17,511 bases of DNA, taken from assembly GCA_049509455.1 (NCBI GenBank), contig JBEKZX010000031.1, forward strand, positions 1-17,511, in the 5' to 3' direction. The position numbers and the translations under genes were made by a program. This DNA comes from Conexivisphaerales archaeon (lineage in GTDB: Archaea; Thermoproteota; Nitrososphaeria; Conexivisphaerales; DTJL01). Positions 15,333 through 17,511 of this stretch are shown piece after piece. Position 1 is the first letter of the stretch. Each line of letters starts with the position of its first letter. The notes below the pieces were generated by a model, which was given only the letters and a program-made list of their open reading frames with translations, was not told the DNA's origin and did not search any database.

Positions 15333-16883
15333 ATGAGCGGGACGGGGACCCCCAGAGGAAGGATGGGCTGGTTGGCTACGAGGGCGCTCATCTTCGCTCT
15401 CTCTTTGATCGTCTTCCTCGAGGGCTGCGCCGCGGTCCTCTGGCTATTGAGGCCCGTTTATGCTTCGGCCTTCATGCCAGGAAGCGCTGGGGCCACCTTC
15501 CTCGATTGGACATCTTCAGGGCTTTACCTCCTTCGAGGGGTAGCTTACGCTTCAGTTGTGATCATGCTCTTGGCGGGGGCCATTGGCTTCCTCAGGATCC
15601 TTCTGGGGCCTGTGGGGCCGCACCTCTCTTCTGCGAGCGGAAGGCTCAAGCAGGTCAAGGAGGCTCTTGGGGTCGATGAGGTCTTTTCGACCCTGAGGCG
15701 ACGTGGAGGCGCACCCTGGCTACCGGATGCGCTCCTGCTCCTTTCGCTGGTCTCTGCCATCGTCATAGCCGCCTATCCCTACCTTCCCGGGTTCAGCCTT
15801 TCGAGGGGCTTCGTGGGTGTCGACGTTCCCTATTACGCCCTTTGGTTGCAGGGCATGAACTCAGCGGGGAGTGCCGTGGGGACCCTGTCAAACGCATTCC
15901 ACCTCGCCTATGATAGAGGTCTGAGCCTGATACTCATGTTCGCATGGTGGAAGCTCTCGGGGCTCTCCGCGATGCAGACCGCCCAGTACTTCCCCCTGGT
16001 CTTGGCCCCCGCGCTCGTATGCGTAACCTACCTCTTCGCAAGGCTCGCTGGTGTTGGACCGCTGGCATCCTCCTTCTTCTCCCTCTTCACGGCCTTCTCA
16101 TTTCAGGTTACGGTGGGCATGGCGGGGGGATTCCTGGCCAACTGGACAGGCCTTCTCTTCTTCTGCTTGTTCTTTGGGTCGCTGCTCCTATCTCTTCGCG
16201 CAGGCTCTCGGCGGGCGCTCCTTCTGACGGCGCCCCTCCAGGTAGCCATCCTGCTTACGCATTCCTACACCTGGGCGGTGGCCTTGGGGGTCACTGGCCT
16301 CCTCCTCGTAATCTACCTTCTGGGATGGCTGCGGCGAGTCAAGGTCGGAAGGGAAGTGGCCATGCTGGCTTCGATTCTGGGCTTGGGCGTGGCTGCCTAC
16401 CTGATTCGCAACGAGGCCCTCAGCGTCCCAGCCGTTGGCTCGGAGGTCCTCAGTTTCGCCGGCGGTGCCCTGGCGTCGTCGAACCTGCTCAGCTTCGTAC
16501 CCACGCTTATGGAGTCCGTGGGGGAATCCAGGGACTTCGTCTTCCTGAACCCAGCGCTGCTGTCCCTGGCGGCTGTCGGCGCCGTTGCCGCCGCCTCCGA
16601 TGACAGGCTGCTTTCCCGATTCCTCACAGCGTTTCTGGCTGGGGCCTCCCCTCTCTTCTTCTTCGGAGACGTCGTGATGCAGACCAGGATCCTCTACGTC
16701 CTGCCCGTCCAGGTGCTCGCCGTCCTGGGCCTCTTCACGCTGCAGCGAGTCGTCGCTCGTCGTATCAACGGTAGGCACTCTGCGTTGGTGGGGTGCTTGC
16801 TGGTCGCCGCCTTCGCGCTCATCTCCCTGAACTTCGCCCTCGGCTCTTCTTACAATCTGACGACCCTCGGTCCGCTCTTCTAG
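15333..16883 (+). CDS. Polytopic membrane protein, GT-C-like (about 12-13 helices); ORF extends upstream to ATG 15111
   Basis: Hydrophobic throughout, with GFVGVDVPYY (15807-15836) in an early loop, THSYTW, and a late RILYVLP motif. The first 74 codons from 15111 are low-information; ATG 15333 has a TATA box at the leaderless distance. Confidence 0.82.
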   Translation: MSGTGTPRGRMGWLATRALIFALSLIVFLEGCAAVLWLLRPVYASAFMPGSAGATFLDWTSSGLYLLRGVAYASVVIMLLAGAIGFLRILLGPVGPHLSSASGRLKQVKEALGVDEVFSTLRRRGGAPWLPDALLLLSLVSAIVIAAYPYLPGFSLSRGFVGVDVPYYALWLQGMNSAGSAVGTLSNAFHLAYDRGLSLILMFAWWKLSGLSAMQTAQYFPLVLAPALVCVTYLFARLAGVGPLASSFFSLFTAFSFQVTVGMAGGFLANWTGLLFFCLFFGSLLLSLRAGSRRALLLTAPLQVAILLTHSYTWAVALGVTGLLLVIYLLGWLRRVKVGREVAMLASILGLGVAAYLIRNEALSVPAVGSEVLSFAGGALASSNLLSFVPTLMESVGESRDFVFLNPALLSLAAVGAVAAASDDRLLSRFLTAFLAGASPLFFFGDVVMQTRILYVLPVQVLAVLGLFTLQRVVARRINGRHSALVGCLLVAAFALISLNFALGSSYNLTTLGPLF

Positions 16884-17027
16884 CCGACGCCCCTCCAGAT
16901 GCCCTGCCATCATGTGCGAAGAATCGCAACGGTCGAGGCGAGATTCGTCAATCCTAATAGCGAGCAAGACGCTTTAGACAGTAATGCTTATTAACGCTTC
17001 AGGTTTAGAATCGTACGCGAAATCGTT

Positions 17028-17511
17028 ATGAATGAAAGGATCAAGAGAATACTGAAGAAAAACACTTCTATACTGATTGCACTGGTATTCCTATCGTCCG
17101 CTTTAGTGGTACCAGCCTACGGATTCATCAGCGGACTCACTTCTGTGAGCACCACCAACGCGGTGCTGCTCGAAGGAGTGGCAAGTCTAGACTCCTATGA
17201 TTCAATGCAATACTCATACAAGATCAACCAATGGGCTTGCGACAACGATGTACACAACGCGACGTCCTCGCCCACAGTGGCTTGCGACTACACCCCCTAC
17301 ACTGACTACTTCAATGCTGGCAAGAGCCTGCGCTTGGGCATGACTGCATTTGGAGAGTTCACATCGAACACCACCGGTGGTATCACGGGCGGCATCGCAT
17401 ACGGCGCTAACGCCACCGAGTGGAACACAACCGAATCCTGGGCTTCGAATTACATCAACTCGAAGGAATGGATTCAGGGTTGGACGTTCTCTATGAACTA
17501 CACCAGGCAGA
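17028..17511 (+). CDS. Secreted surface protein, S-layer candidate (partial, runs off the right edge)
   Basis: Not in the ORF track; hand translation is open for 161 codons: MNERIKRILKKNTSILIALVFLSSALVVPAYGFISGLTSVSTTNAVLLEGVASLDSYDSMQYSYKINQWACDNDVHNATSSPTVACDYTPYTDYFNAGKSLRLGMTAFGEFTSNTTGGITGGIAYGANATEWNTTESWASNYINSKEWIQGWTFSMNYTRQ. Sec-type signal peptide, five sequons, AT-richer upstream region. Confidence 0.8.
   Translation, partial: MNERIKRILKKNTSILIALVFLSSALVVPAYGFISGLTSVSTTNAVLLEGVASLDSYDSMQYSYKINQWACDNDVHNATSSPTVACDYTPYTDYFNAGKSLRLGMTAFGEFTSNTTGGITGGIAYGANATEWNTTESWASNYINSKEWIQGWTFSMNYTRQ

Noticed and set aside
352-16627. Remaining short ORFs in the track (60-220 aa) overlapping called genes
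   Set aside because: Alternate-frame or antisense ORFs rich in Arg/Pro/Gly/Ser, as expected by chance in GC-rich coding DNA.
16188-16967. 259-aa minus-strand ORF
   Set aside because: Antisense to the hydrophobic GT-C-like gene; its charged composition is the expected mirror of Leu/Phe codons.
1-17511. tRNA, rRNA, CRISPR array, cas or defence genes
   Set aside because: No cloverleaf, rRNA-like tract, regularly spaced direct repeats or cas motifs were seen by eye.

Overview
GC-rich window that looks archaeal: TATA-like boxes 20-26 nt before start codons, GGTGA/GGAGG ribosome-binding sites, dense N-X-S/T sequons, and an archaeal-type tnpB. It is mostly a cell-surface glycosylation and surface-protein locus. 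It holds three GT4 glycosyltransferases, a DUF2334/NodB-like deacetylase with no signal peptide, an NAD-dependent sugar epimerase/dehydratase, an ATP-grasp ligase and two polytopic GT-C-like membrane proteins. One of these is 1170 aa, with four diverged extracellular repeats and about 28 sequons. There are also three single-anchor extracellular proteins (LEA_2/WHy-like, PsbP-like, Ig-like), a HEAT-repeat protein, a degenerate cyclic-nucleotide-binding domain, and the 5' part of a secreted, possibly S-layer, protein at the right edge. A truncated IS200/IS605 (IS1341-type) element sits at about 6565-6870 and keeps its left-end hairpin, guide tetranucleotide, TTGAC target motif, promoter and the first ~76 codons of tnpB. 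Two surface-protein genes have broken 5' ends and share a 17-bp promoter-like motif. I saw no rRNA, tRNA or CRISPR array. All family calls come from motif recognition by eye, not from database searches.
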